A DNA stretch of 64,000 bases, taken from sequence record LR756500.1. One strand, 5' to 3'. Position numbers and translations under genes: made by a program. Under the pieces are notes generated by a model that worked only from the letters and a program-made list of their open reading frames with translations, did not search any database and was not told where the DNA came from. This document shows, piece after piece, positions 1 through 10,228 of the stretch; positions within the stretch are counted from its first letter, which is position 1, and the number at the start of each line of letters is the position of its first letter.

Positions 1-89
1 TTTAATACTGGAACACCTAATTTTGAAAATAAAAAAGCTACAGTACTTTTACCTGCACCTATACCACCTGTTAAACCTATTTTTGCCAT
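1..89 (-). CDS. coaE: Dephospho-CoA kinase-like P-loop kinase, N-terminal fragment (runs off window start; not in ORF track)
   Basis: Manual translation [29 protein letters not shown] matches the CoaE N-terminal Walker A pattern. Confidence 0.7.
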   Translation of the reverse strand, partial: MAKIGLTGGIGAGKSTVAFLFSKLGVPVL

Positions 90-111
90 ATTAAATCTAT
101 TTAAAAATTTG

Positions 112-185
112 AGCCTCCAGTAGGATTCGAACCCACGGCCCTCTCGGTACAAACGAGATGCTCCGACCAACTGAGCTATAGAGGC
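112..185 (-). tRNA. tRNA-Thr(UGU)
   Basis: Acceptor GCCTCTA/TGGAGGC, anticodon arm TCTCG-TTTGTAC-CGAGA, T loop TTCGAAT. Confidence 0.92.
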
Positions 186-187
186 AT

Positions 188-225
188 TGGAGCGGGCTCG
201 GCGATTCAACCGAGGATCATCCCGC
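188..225 (-). ncRNA. tRNA-Gly-like minihelix (acceptor + T arm + CCA only)
   Basis: GCGGG-ATGATC-CTCGG-TTGAATCG-CCGAG-CCCGC-T-CCA; no D or anticodon arm. Confidence 0.55.
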
Positions 226-237
226 ATATTTTATTAG

Positions 238-309
238 AGCGAGATATCAGAATTAAACTGACGACCTGAACATTGGCAATGTTCCGCTCTATCACTGAGC
301 TAATCTCGC
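238..309 (-). tRNA. tRNA-Gly(GCC)
   Basis: Anticodon arm GAACA-TTGCCAA-TGTTC; U73; atypical T loop TTTAATT. Confidence 0.9.
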
Positions 310-447
310 ATTGTGTAGTTTTTGTAATATCCCCTGAACTACTAACAGTGCTAACCTATGATTTAGAGAACAGTTGCGCATTATTAAGAGGCAGTTCATA
401 TCTTCGATCCATTATAGTGCACCATAAGAGGGCTAATTTCTAAATTG

Positions 448-519
448 TTGTCTCTCACTGAGTCGAACAGTGATTTTTAGATCCAAATTCTAATATAATA
501 ACCATTATATCAAGAGACA
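448..519 (-). tRNA. tRNA-Gln(UUG)
   Basis: Acceptor TGTCTCT/AGAGACA, anticodon arm TTAGA-ATTTGGA-TCTAA, T arm CACTG-TTCGACT-CAGTG. Confidence 0.85.
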
Positions 520-673
520 ATTTAAAATGCGTAATAAAATAAAACAACGTTTCAACATGTTTCAATTTTATTTTATTACGACTATATAACAATAAGCAGC
601 TGACTACTAATTTCAGCATGTCTCCGTTTAAATTATCACTAACCCTAGGTGTAGAGAACTTATTATTACATTG

Positions 674-753
674 TGGAATCGGAGGGATTCGAACCCCCAA
701 GTCTTTCGAGCCTGATCTACAGTCAGGTAGGCCACCAATTGCCCAACAATTCC
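674..753 (-). tRNA. tRNA-Tyr(GUA)
   Basis: Anticodon arm CCTGA-CTGTAGA-TCAGG, extended variable region, T loop TTCGAAT. Confidence 0.9.
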
Positions 754-2023
754 AATTTATACTAATTCACTTAAAATTTGCCATTTAAATTTATCTTCTT
801 CTAAATCAATTCTTTGCATTACTAATGCTCTCAATATTCCGTAACTATTAACTGAAATATTTTCTTTAAATTTATCCATTGCATCATTAATAGATAAAAA
901 ACTTATCTTAGGTTCTTTTCCTTCATTACGTTCTATCTTTGTTAAATTTTCAATTATTTTACATACATTATATTCATTTAATTCATAAGAAACTGATACA
1001 TAATTTGATATTAAATATAATTTTTTCATTTAGATAACTCTTTAAAATAATTATAAACTTTTTTAAATATATTAATTTTTTCTTTGATATCTTCTTTAAT
1101 ATTAACTTGGCTATAGCCTATTCCAATTTGATTATTAGCAGTTTGAATTGTTTCAGTAATTATAACTTCTTCATTTTCATTTTCATCTAAAGAGTTAATT
1201 TTTAATCTACCTTCCTCGTAATATGAATAATAATTTGATTTAATTTTTTCTATAATAAAATTTGAAGGTATTTTACTTTCATTTTCATAAAATATTTTAT
1301 TGCCTGTTTCAATATGTTCTAATATCATAGCCTATTTATTTTGATTATTAATTTTTAATTTTTCTAATAAATCTTCTGTATCTTTAAGAGTTTTAGCAAA
1401 ATGTTTTTCTTTGTTTAAAACTCCTTGCCTATTAGCTTCATGCTTATCTAAATTTAAATTATTCAATAAGTCAGATGCTATTGATTTAGCATTTAAAAGA
1501 TCATTTGCTTTATAAGTCTTTGAAGGAATATAGGTATCACTTTTATGAGATTCTCTTAAATCTATTAGATGACCACAATTATAACTAAAAGATATTTCTT
1601 TATTAATGGTTCCTTCTACATAACCATACCTTTTTGTCCATTTTATTCTAGGCTTTCTCATCTTTAACTATTTTAATTAATTCTCTTAAACTTTCTAATT
1701 CAGCCTCTTCATAAGAAGATAAATTTTTCCAAGGAGTACCTTTTATTGTCCAACTAGTAATTTCACTTTCAGTTCCTCTATTACCGACAACTTTTCTAAT
1801 AGGAATATGTAAATTATATTTTTCTCTAAACCATCTAAAAGCTTGTTGATATAATGGTGCTTTAATGTAAACTCCATTATAAAATGCTAATTTATAATCT
1901 TTTATATAAATAGATTTATCATCTAAAAAAAACTGCAAAACATTCTTCATCAAATCCTAATTCTTTAAGAGTTAACGTTTCTTCATAAGGTACAAATTCT
2001 TTATTCATAATTTTTAAGATTTG

Positions 2024-2106
2024 TCGAGTTACAAGGATTCGAACCTAAAACTAGATTAATTACTTCTAGTACCACCCTTAATCGTTTTTGGATAAAGGTT
2101 AACTCG
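2024..2106 (-). ncRNA. Atypical or degenerate tRNA-like element
   Basis: 7-bp acceptor CGAGTTA/TAACTCG, T arm with TTCGAAT, CTAGA/TCTAG stem with 9-nt loop, oversized D-like loop. Confidence 0.5.
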
Positions 2107-2110
2107 TTTG

Positions 2111-2183
2111 TCGGAGTAGCTGGCCACGACCCAACGATCTCCACATCCCAAATGTGGCGCGATACCAACTTCGCTATACTCCG
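2111..2183 (-). tRNA. tRNA-Pro(UGG)
   Basis: CGGAGTA acceptor, anticodon arm CCACA-TTTGGGA-TGTGG; atypical T loop GTCGTGG. Confidence 0.9.
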
Positions 2184-2203
2184 ATATTTTTTTATTTAAA
2201 TTG

Positions 2204-2286
2204 TACCGAAAGTGGGAGTCGAACCCACACGCCTTATAGGCAAATCCTCTTAAAAGATTCATGTATAACCATTTCATCACTTCGGC
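2204..2286 (-). tRNA. tRNA-Leu(UAA)
   Basis: Anticodon arm AATCT-TTTAAGA-GGATT, long variable arm, A73. Confidence 0.9.
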
Positions 2287-2402
2287 ATCTTCAAGAAGAA
2301 CCCTATTAACATTTAAATTATCTAATTAATATTCGTCTTCCATCTAATAATTTTTTATTTCCAATACGTCAAAGACCTTTGAATCATTTATAGATTCAGC
2401 TG

Positions 2403-2551
2403 TGAGAGAGGATGGATTTGAACCACCAAAGACTTTCGTCCGCTGATTTACTGTCAGTTGAGTTTACCAATACTCAGTTTTTCTGTAATAGCTTTAAGTT
2501 CTATTTTCATAGATATTGTAAAAGTTATAAATTGAATTTATTAACTCTCTC
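2403..2551 (-). tRNA. tRNA-Tyr(GUA)-like gene interrupted by ~65-nt element (about 2478-2542) between acceptor and D stem
   Basis: Acceptor halves GAGAGAG / CTCTCTC are 149 nt apart; loop CAGTAAA (A33), variable arm GAC-GAAA-GTC. Confidence 0.75.
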
Positions 2552-2677
2552 ATTATTTCAAATAACTTCGGCTGAGTGTTATGGATATCTTTCAATCCTT
2601 TGTTCCTCATTTAATCTTCTAAGTTGCCATTTAGAACCGTTGTGGAATCTAAGGGGTTCGAATCCCTTTTTTAAACT

Positions 2678-3507
2678 TTATTTTAATGAATTTAAATTTA
2701 TATATGTTTCTAATTTATTTTTATAATAAGAACCATATTTTAATTCCCATTCATTAATTTTTTCTTTTAATTCTTCAATATTAATACTGCATTTAAATCC
2801 TTTTGATATATTATCATTATGTCTTAATAATTTACAATTTGCTGGATGAGCTAATAACAAAGGATTAATTTTTTGTTTATATCCTTCTGATACTGATAGC
2901 ATATGATCTCTACTTATGCCATTCATATTATTTCCCCTATTTTTAGCTTTATACCATCCGTATTTTTTATTAAAGTAAAATCAAATTCTTCATTATAACT
3001 ATTTAAAGAAAATTTAAATAGTGCATTATTATAATATTTTTTATAATTATCTAAATGTTTTCTTTTATATGCTCTTACACATTCATCAGAACAGTATTTT
3101 CTCATTAAAAAGTGCTCTTTTTCACAATAAGGACATTTTTTAATTCTAGGAGTTTTTAAAAATTTATCGTTCCATTTTTTATAAGAACCTTTTGATGCCA
3201 AACCGCTAACAGCTCTAGCACAAAATATACAACAATAATATTTTTCTTTAAATTCTCTTTTATTATTTGATTTAACTTCAAATTCTGTATTACATCTTAA
3301 ATAATTATTACACTTAACAATTTTTGTAATAATATTTTTATCTAATTCTTTTTTTCTTTTCTTTAATGATTTAGAAATTTTTTCTGATTGGTTTTTATAA
3401 TCTTTATTTTTATTAATCATTATATTTCTACATGCATAAGAACAATATTTATTAGTTAATTTATATTTTTCTTTACCACATACAGGACAATTTTTTTCGA
3501 GTTCCAT
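2678..3507 (-). pseudogene. Zn-finger/HNH-type homing endonuclease-like gene split by a 1-nt frameshift in an A-run near 2965
   Basis: ORFs 2923..3507 and 2678..2926 join into ...LIKKYGWYKAKNRGNNMNGISRDH... if one A is added; CxxC motifs. Could be a sequencing error. Confidence 0.55.
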
Positions 3508-3558
3508 AAATATTTTATTTTATATATTAGTGGAGCTATCAGAATTTGAACTTATTAT

Positions 3559-3639
3559 TGGTGGAGGAAATGGGGTTCGAATCCCATGAAACCTCTTGAT
3601 TGCAAATCAAGTACTCTAGCCAGACTGAGCTATACCCCC
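3559..3639 (-). tRNA. tRNA-Ala(UGC)
   Basis: Anticodon arm CTTGA-TTTGCAA-TCAAG, G3:U70, encoded CCA. Confidence 0.9.
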
Positions 3640-3685
3640 CCTAATAAAAATTTAATTCACAGTATTCCAAAGAACATTTTTAAAA

Positions 3686-3717
3686 CAAAAAAAATCCGAT
3701 TTGATTAGAACCGGATT
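3686..3717 (-). terminator. Intrinsic terminator of attenuator 1
   Basis: AAATCCG...CGGATTT stem followed by a T-run on the minus strand. Confidence 0.75.
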
Positions 3718-3750
3718 TAATATTTTAGTTTATATTTATACAAACATATC

Positions 3751-3819
3751 TCATCCGGTAATAGGTGGTGTTCCTAAAGTTTGTGCTTGACCTAATGGAT
3801 ATGTAGATAATGTTTTCAT
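3751..3819 (-). CDS. Leader peptide 1, MKTLSTYPLGQAQTLGTPPITG (22 aa)
   Basis: Manually translated; lies between promoter 3857-3885 and terminator; codons match the downstream tRNA cluster. Confidence 0.75.
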   Translation of the reverse strand: MKTLSTYPLGQAQTLGTPPITG

Positions 3820-3856
3820 TTTTTTATATATAAAACCTTTTTTGTGTAATTTGATT

Positions 3857-3885
3857 ATTATATGCATTTTTTCTAAAATGTTTCG
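3857..3885 (-). promoter_or_regulatory. CGAAAC-N17-TATAAT promoter (also at 25512-25540, 33125-33153, 38561-38589, 46540-46568, 62277-62305; N18 at 46604-46633, 47689-47718, 57014-57043)
   Basis: Same two hexamers with 17-18 nt spacing found by eye in at least nine intergenic regions. Confidence 0.7.
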
Positions 3886-4498
3886 AATAATTATTATTAT
3901 ATGTAAATATAATTAAAAAGAAATTAAAATAAAAATTTTTATAAAAATTAGTTAATTATATTCGATAATTGTTCTTGTTGTTGGTTTAACTTCATGCCAT
4001 ATTTGTTTTGCATTTACCATATCTTGTTTAATCCATGGAGAATCTCCTAATACGGCTTTAAAATATTTACCGCTAGATATTTCTTTAATAACATATTCAT
4101 GTTGAGTTGAATTTTTTGATTGATCGCTATCTATTATTTTTTCGCTTACTATTGTATAAAGTTTAATTTCATTTTTTGTATCATAAATACCTTCCTCATA
4201 CATTATAGATCGTATTTGTTCTTCCGTAAATGTTCTAGTTTCCATATTTAATTAATTTATGTTATACTTAATAGATTATGTAATTCCATTTGTAATTCTC
4301 GTCTACCCATTTGTTTTAAATAATAACCCATTTTTTCATATATTTCAATATCTGATAGATTTTGACCGTCTATAGCAAATCTTTGATTATTAATACCATC
4401 AAATACTACATAATCTTTATCTAATAAATCTTTAAATGAAGTTTTAGCATTAAAATTTAGACCAAGACTTACTCCTAATTTTATTATTTCGTTTGTTT

Positions 4499-5275
4499 TC
4501 ATTCGTACAATATTATTCCTTTATTTGAATCTAATATGGGATGATTTTCATTATCAAAAGCCCAGAAAGGAGCATGACTTAATAATTTACCATTTTCTTC
4601 TCCTGTAAAATTATGATTACAATTATGTAATAATCGTATTCTTTTTTCACTTGCATTTTTACACTGTTGTAAATATACATGAGAAATATATGTACCAACT
4701 ACTTCATCATTTTCTCCAATAATAATACTTAATTCGCCTTTAAAATCTTTATATGTTTCCATTATTTGTTTCATTTCAATATTACCAGATGGAGCACATA
4801 ATAATATTTTTTTAATTTCTTTATATCTATTAGCCATATAAGCAGCTACTGCTCCACCTGCAGAAGTACCAATTAAATAAATATTTGGATCTTTTTCTCC
4901 ACATATTTCAATAGAATTGTTTATACAATATTCAATAACTTCATGAGTTTTTGAAATTATATGAGAAGGATATAAATTTCTATTTAATGTATTATACATA
5001 GATCTCGGAACACTATTATTCATTCTAACAAATGAACCTAATTCTTTTGATACTATATAATCACCTAGTTTAATATATTTATTTTCATAACCTTCAGCAG
5101 TGCCACCGTAGCCTGGAATATTAATTATTATATTCTTTGAATTACATTCATGAATAAATATTTCAGAATTATTTAATTTTATCTGCATTTTCTTTAGAAT
5201 ATAAATATATTTGTTTATGTTCAAACCAAAATTGAGCCCATTGTTCTTTAGCTTCTTTTTTATTAAGTCCTTCAA
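4499..5275 (-). CDS. Alpha/beta hydrolase (true start probably internal)
   Basis: PGYGG oxyanion motif, GTSAGG nucleophile elbow, downstream D and H (GENDEVV, HNCNHNF). Confidence 0.65.
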   Translation of the reverse strand: MKDLIKKKLKNNGLNFGLNINKYIYILKKMQIKLNNSEIFIHECNSKNIIINIPGYGGTAEGYENKYIKLGDYIVSKELGSFVRMNNSVPRSMYNTLNRNLYPSHIISKTHEVIEYCINNSIEICGEKDPNIYLIGTSAGGAVAAYMANRYKEIKKILLCAPSGNIEMKQIMETYKDFKGELSIIIGENDEVVGTYISHVYLQQCKNASEKRIRLLHNCNHNFTGEENGKLLSHAPFWAFDNENHPILDSNKGIILYE

Positions 5276-5826
5276 TTAAAAATTTTTTAAGTCTTTTTTT
5301 CCATTTGCGAGGTTTTATTTTAAAAGTTTTCATTTAATAATAAAATTGCAGAATTATTATAATAGCCATCTCCTGTAAGTTTATAATTTTTATTATTGTA
5401 AGTAAATATTATCCAATAATCCCATTGATATCCATTACTATCAAAATTAATTAATATCTTGTCTAATGTATTAATGTAAGATATAATATCATTAGGTCTA
5501 ACATATAATAATTCTATTGTTTTTACTTTGCCTGATAAAACAGATTGAATATCTTCTTCCATCCATTTTATTACCTGTTTTTCAACATCTTTTTTATTCA
5601 TTATTTATTATTAAATAGTTCAATATCTTCATATCTAAAAGATTGACCACACAATGTACATCTATCTTGATCTATAATTTTAAATGTATTTACATCTCTT
5701 TGCATAAATAATATTCCCTCTTCACATTCTGGGCAAATAGATTTATAAATAGATTCATTACTATATCTTTTTAAATTCATGTATTTAATAATCTTTATAG
5801 GATTATTGATATTTATTGCAATTAAA

Positions 5827-6915
5827 TTATTCATATTTTAAAGATTTAATAAGTTTAGGATTTAATAAAATATATTGTAATAATTTTATTAAATCATCAA
5901 CATCATTTTTATGAACAGTTTCAACTGTAGTGTGCATATATCTCATCGCTAATTTTAATAAAGCAGTCGGTATTCCATGTGGATAAGCATATGAATCTGC
6001 ATTTGTTCCAGATCCTCTACCACTCGCAGTTAATTGATAAGGTATTTTATTTTCCTTTGCTGTATCAATTATTAATTTTAATAAATTCTTTTGAATTGAT
6101 GGAGCATTCATAATAACTAAACCTTTGCCCGCTGATACTGTACCTTGTTTACTTTTATTATATGCTGGGCTTTCAGTATCATGAGTTACATCTATGACTA
6201 TAGCTATATCAGGTTTAATTTTTTCAACAACCATTTGAGCGCCATGTAATCCTACTTCTTCCTGTACAGCATTAACTATAATTAATTCAAAAGGTAATTG
6301 AATTTTATTTTCATATAATTTTTTAATTAATTGTGAATTAACAAATCCTCCTATTTTATCATCTAGAGATCTACCACAATAATAATCTCCTAAATCCATA
6401 TAGCCATCAGACATTGTAATAGGAGTTCCAATTGTTATTCCTAATTTTTCAACATCTTCTTTTTTAGAAACTCCTATGTCTATAAAAATATTTTCTATTT
6501 TTAATTCGAATTTATCTTCTTGAACATGAATAGCAGGGTGACCAAAAACACCTTTAACTTTTCCATTGTCTCCCCATATATCAACTCTGGCTGATGGTGT
6601 AATTGTGATGTCAGAACCACCTAAACGTCCAACTTTTATAAATCCTTCATTTGTAATATCAAATACAAAAAAACCTATTTCATCACAATGAGCATCTAAT
6701 AAAACAGTTTTTATTTCTGATGTTTCTTTTAATGTTTTTAATGCTAAATTAGAAATATAATAAGCATATGCATTACCATAATTATCTATTTCAACTTTGT
6801 CAGCATATTTTTTAACATAATCTATCCATACTTTTTGACCTCCTAATAATAATTCGTATCCACTAGGAGATGGTGTATTAATATATTTTTTAAGAAATTC
6901 TTTTCTGTTTTTCAT
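5827..6915 (-). CDS. M42 family metallo-aminopeptidase (FrvX/YsdC-like)
   Basis: SPSGYE, AHCDEIG, LDDK, VQEEVGL, DVT, HT metal-binding motifs. Confidence 0.85.
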   Translation of the reverse strand: MKNRKEFLKKYINTPSPSGYELLLGGQKVWIDYVKKYADKVEIDNYGNAYAYYISNLALKTLKETSEIKTVLLDAHCDEIGFFVFDITNEGFIKVGRLGGSDITITPSARVDIWGDNGKVKGVFGHPAIHVQEDKFELKIENIFIDIGVSKKEDVEKLGITIGTPITMSDGYMDLGDYYCGRSLDDKIGGFVNSQLIKKLYENKIQLPFELIIVNAVQEEVGLHGAQMVVEKIKPDIAIVIDVTHDTESPAYNKSKQGTVSAGKGLVIMNAPSIQKNLLKLIIDTAKENKIPYQLTASGRGSGTNADSYAYPHGIPTALLKLAMRYMHTTVETVHKNDVDDLIKLLQYILLNPKLIKSLKYE

Positions 6916-7806
6916 ATTTTAATCGTTTAGCTTCATATTGTAATTTTTTAATACAACTATATTCATGCTTTAATATTTTTATTTCATTAAGCATAACTTT
7001 ATCGCAATATGAACATTTATAGGCTTTAACTATTATCATTTTTATATTAAAGCATTTAAAATTGTTAATTTATTATTAATTGTAAAATTTATCATTAAAA
7101 AGGAATTATTTTTAATTTTATTAATATCAATAATTTTTTCTATATAAGTAAAATTTTCATTTAATAAAACTTTTTCATTATTAAAAATATCAATATAACT
7201 AATATTTATATTTTTAATTCCATATATTTTTACTTTTATTTTTTTATTATATAAATTAATAACTTCTAAATATGTTTCTATGTTTATTAATTCATTTTTA
7301 TTTAAATCAATATTAAAAACATATGTTCTATAAATACCATTTTTATCTAATGTATTTAATATGATCTCAGTATTAGTTGTATCATTAAAAACATGAGTTA
7401 CTTTTGAATCATAATAAATAGATGATTCAAGTATCCAACGACAATATTCAAAATCATGATTTAAATTAATTTCAGTTATAATTAATTCATTTTTGTTAAT
7501 TTGATATTTAATAGATATATTTGCTAATAATGTAAAATTTATAACAAATAATAAGAATAGTAGAAAAATATTTTTCATATTAATTTTTTATAAATATAAT
7601 AAAAAAGTTAATAAAAAAAAAATTAAATCCACTTAATTGCTTTTTGAAGAAAATTTGGTTTTTCTTTTATTTTTCTAGCCAATTTTAATTGTTTGTCCAA
7701 TGGGATATTATTAATTATAGAAAGGATTAATTCTTGTATTTCTATAATTTCTTTTTTAGAATTACCATTAATTTCAATTTCAATTTTTTGAATCATAATT
7801 TAAATA

Positions 7807-8412
7807 TTAAATTGATTTAACTTCTTGTTTAAGTTTATTAATTTTATCTTTATTAATAGCTCCTTTTTTATTTATAGCAGGAGTTATATTTCCTTTTTTT
7901 GCTAATAAATCAGCTTGTACTTTAGCTAAATCTTCTTGCTTTTTATAATCTCTTAATTTATTTAATTCACTATTTTTAAGTGCACTTAATTCTTTTCTTA
8001 AAGATTCTTTTCTATTTAAATCTGTCTCATCTCTTAATAGAAATTCAATTTTTTTCTTTCTTTTTCTTATTGTTAAAAGTGTAGCTAATCCTCCAATTAA
8101 GGCTGCACCTGCAATTGCATAAGGTATATTGCTTTTTTTAAATATTACATCTGCTACTTTTCCTGCATCAATACCTTTTTTATGCAATGCTGCAGCTCCT
8201 ACAACTCCTGCTCCTGCTCCTAATGCCCATCCTGCTCCTGAAGCTGCTCCTTTTCCATATTCTTGACTAGTTGTAGTTTCATCAATGCCATCATCAATAT
8301 TTATCACTAAATTATATAATGTTTCATAATCTAAATTATTACATTCCTGATTAATACGTTCTTGTTCATTCCAATATTGTTGCCATTCATTGTAAGTATC
8401 GCAATATTTCAT
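7807..8412 (-). CDS. Gly/Ala-rich putative membrane protein with basic tail
   Basis: GAGWALGAGAGVVGAAAL and AIAGAALIGGLATLL segments. Confidence 0.4.
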   Translation of the reverse strand: MKYCDTYNEWQQYWNEQERINQECNNLDYETLYNLVINIDDGIDETTTSQEYGKGAASGAGWALGAGAGVVGAAALHKKGIDAGKVADVIFKKSNIPYAIAGAALIGGLATLLTIRKRKKKIEFLLRDETDLNRKESLRKELSALKNSELNKLRDYKKQEDLAKVQADLLAKKGNITPAINKKGAINKDKINKLKQEVKSI

Positions 8413-8542
8413 AAGTTTAATTTATTTTTTTATATATTTTAAATCTTATTGCTTAATTTATTTTAATACATTTCACCGGCCCTTTAACTGTAAATTTTAT
8501 ATTGGGTTTATATAATAAAGTTTCGAATGCTTACTGTTATTT

Positions 8543-10228
8543 TTATTTTTTATTAATTAAAAAAACTTGTGTTCCATTATTAACAACAATTCCAGCATTA
8601 GAATTGAAAACTTGTGACATTTCATCTACTAAATCACATTCATATTTTGCAATAGGATAAAAATCTTTTGCTCTTAAAAAGGTTAAATTATCATCTTCTG
8701 GTAAAATAATATAGCCATTATCTTTATTATAACCGAAATTTCTAAGATTATCATATGAATCATCAGATAATATTGCATCAAGTCCGTTTATAACAAATAA
8801 TGAAAACCTTTCTTTATCATCCTCGATAAAATGTGCTATACCAACATTACCTTTTTGATAAATATCTTTAAGAGGCAATGGAAAACTAACAGTATTTAAA
8901 ATATCATGCGATTGATAATAAATAAAATTTTTGCCATTTATTCTTTGGATTAATCCATTTAAATTTGAATATCCTTTTCCATATGTTGGAATAAGAGTTG
9001 TTTGAATATAATTATTTAAAATACCATCTAAATTTATTTGATATCTATTATCATTTGTTATTACTATCAAAGTATTATCTATTTGATAGTGAGTAATTAT
9101 TTCAGTTGGTTGAAATCCTTGTATAAGAATATTTTGTTTACGATTTAAATCAATTTTATAAAGTAATTTATCAATAAATATTATCACATTTTTATCTGTG
9201 GGAAATATTCCTCTAAAACCCGAGGGCTTACTTAGTGTATAAACCGGTTTAGCATGTCCCTTATATGTAAGGTCATATATATGGATATTTGCATCCTCTA
9301 AGATGCATCCGAATACATTACTACATGCCATATATTCTATATTTCCTTTAAAAATTTCTTTCATGACAAGTTCGCCTTTTGTAATACTAGTAGGCTTATG
9401 TGTTTTAATTTTTGTAATTATTTTAGTAGTAGGATTTAAATTTAATAAAAAGCGTTCTCCTTCATTAAATATTCTTTCAAATTGATTTAATAAGTTTTGA
9501 TCTGTTATAGGTTCATAACATTTAGGTATTTTTAAATTTGGATCATTTTTAAGTATGCTTAATTTATAAATCATTCTATCTTGAATATCTTTATATTTTT
9601 GATGTATACCTTTATATGGATGTACAGTTGTAATTAAATTAAATATTACAACTGCTAATGAAAAATAATCAGCATTTTTAGAAATTTCTCCATTATGATA
9701 AAAATCTCTAATATCATGTAAAAGTCTTCCCGAGTGTTTATTACCAGGTGTTTCATAGCTATCAACGTCTATAAATGCTATATCGCCATTTTTATGAGCT
9801 AATATATTAAATCCACTAAAATCACCAATCACGATGTTTAAAGAATGAATATAATTTAAACATGTAATTAATTTTTGAGACACAGATAATTTCCAAGATT
9901 CTGTTAAATTATTTCTTTGACAATAATTACTATTAAATGCTGAATGTAAAGGAAAAAAATCTGATGGAACCATATCCATTATAAATCCAATAATATCTTT
10001 ACTTGCTTGATGCGATATTAATAAAGCTTTAGGTTTTATAAATTCTTTTGCATTAATAGCATTAAGACTATTAAATTTTTGATCAGTAATCGGTTCAATT
10101 CCTTGAAGATATAATTTTGCAACTAAACCATGTCCAATTTCAATAATGCGGCCTTCACCACCTCTAGATAATTCTTTCTTTTCATCTATAGTAATTTTTT
10201 TACTAGATGCTTTATCATATACTATCAT
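8543..10228 (-). CDS. Ser/Thr protein kinase-like protein (TerY-triad kinase)
   Basis: RGGEG glycine loop, VAKLY, GDFSGFNIL catalytic loop, IDVDS, DYFSLAV. Confidence 0.75.
   Translation of the reverse strand: MIVYDKASSKKITIDEKKELSRGGEGRIIEIGHGLVAKLYLQGIEPITDQKFNSLNAINAKEFIKPKALLISHQASKDIIGFIMDMVPSDFFPLHSAFNSNYCQRNNLTESWKLSVSQKLITCLNYIHSLNIVIGDFSGFNILAHKNGDIAFIDVDSYETPGNKHSGRLLHDIRDFYHNGEISKNADYFSLAVVIFNLITTVHPYKGIHQKYKDIQDRMIYKLSILKNDPNLKIPKCYEPITDQNLLNQFERIFNEGERFLLNLNPTTKIITKIKTHKPTSITKGELVMKEIFKGNIEYMACSNVFGCILEDANIHIYDLTYKGHAKPVYTLSKPSGFRGIFPTDKNVIIFIDKLLYKIDLNRKQNILIQGFQPTEIITHYQIDNTLIVITNDNRYQINLDGILNNYIQTTLIPTYGKGYSNLNGLIQRINGKNFIYYQSHDILNTVSFPLPLKDIYQKGNVGIAHFIEDDKERFSLFVINGLDAILSDDSYDNLRNFGYNKDNGYIILPEDDNLTFLRAKDFYPIAKYECDLVDEMSQVFNSNAGIVVNNGTQVFLINKK

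Noticed and set aside
2478-2542. Calling the 65-nt element a BHB intron, hairpin/hammerhead or theta ribozyme
   Set aside because: No bulge-helix-bulge at the junctions and no catalytic-core consensus matched; theta ribozymes lie 3' of tRNAs rather than inside them.
455-2726. ORFs 455..700, 2056..2280 and 2412..2726
   Set aside because: They overlap tRNA genes and have atypical composition; shadow ORFs.
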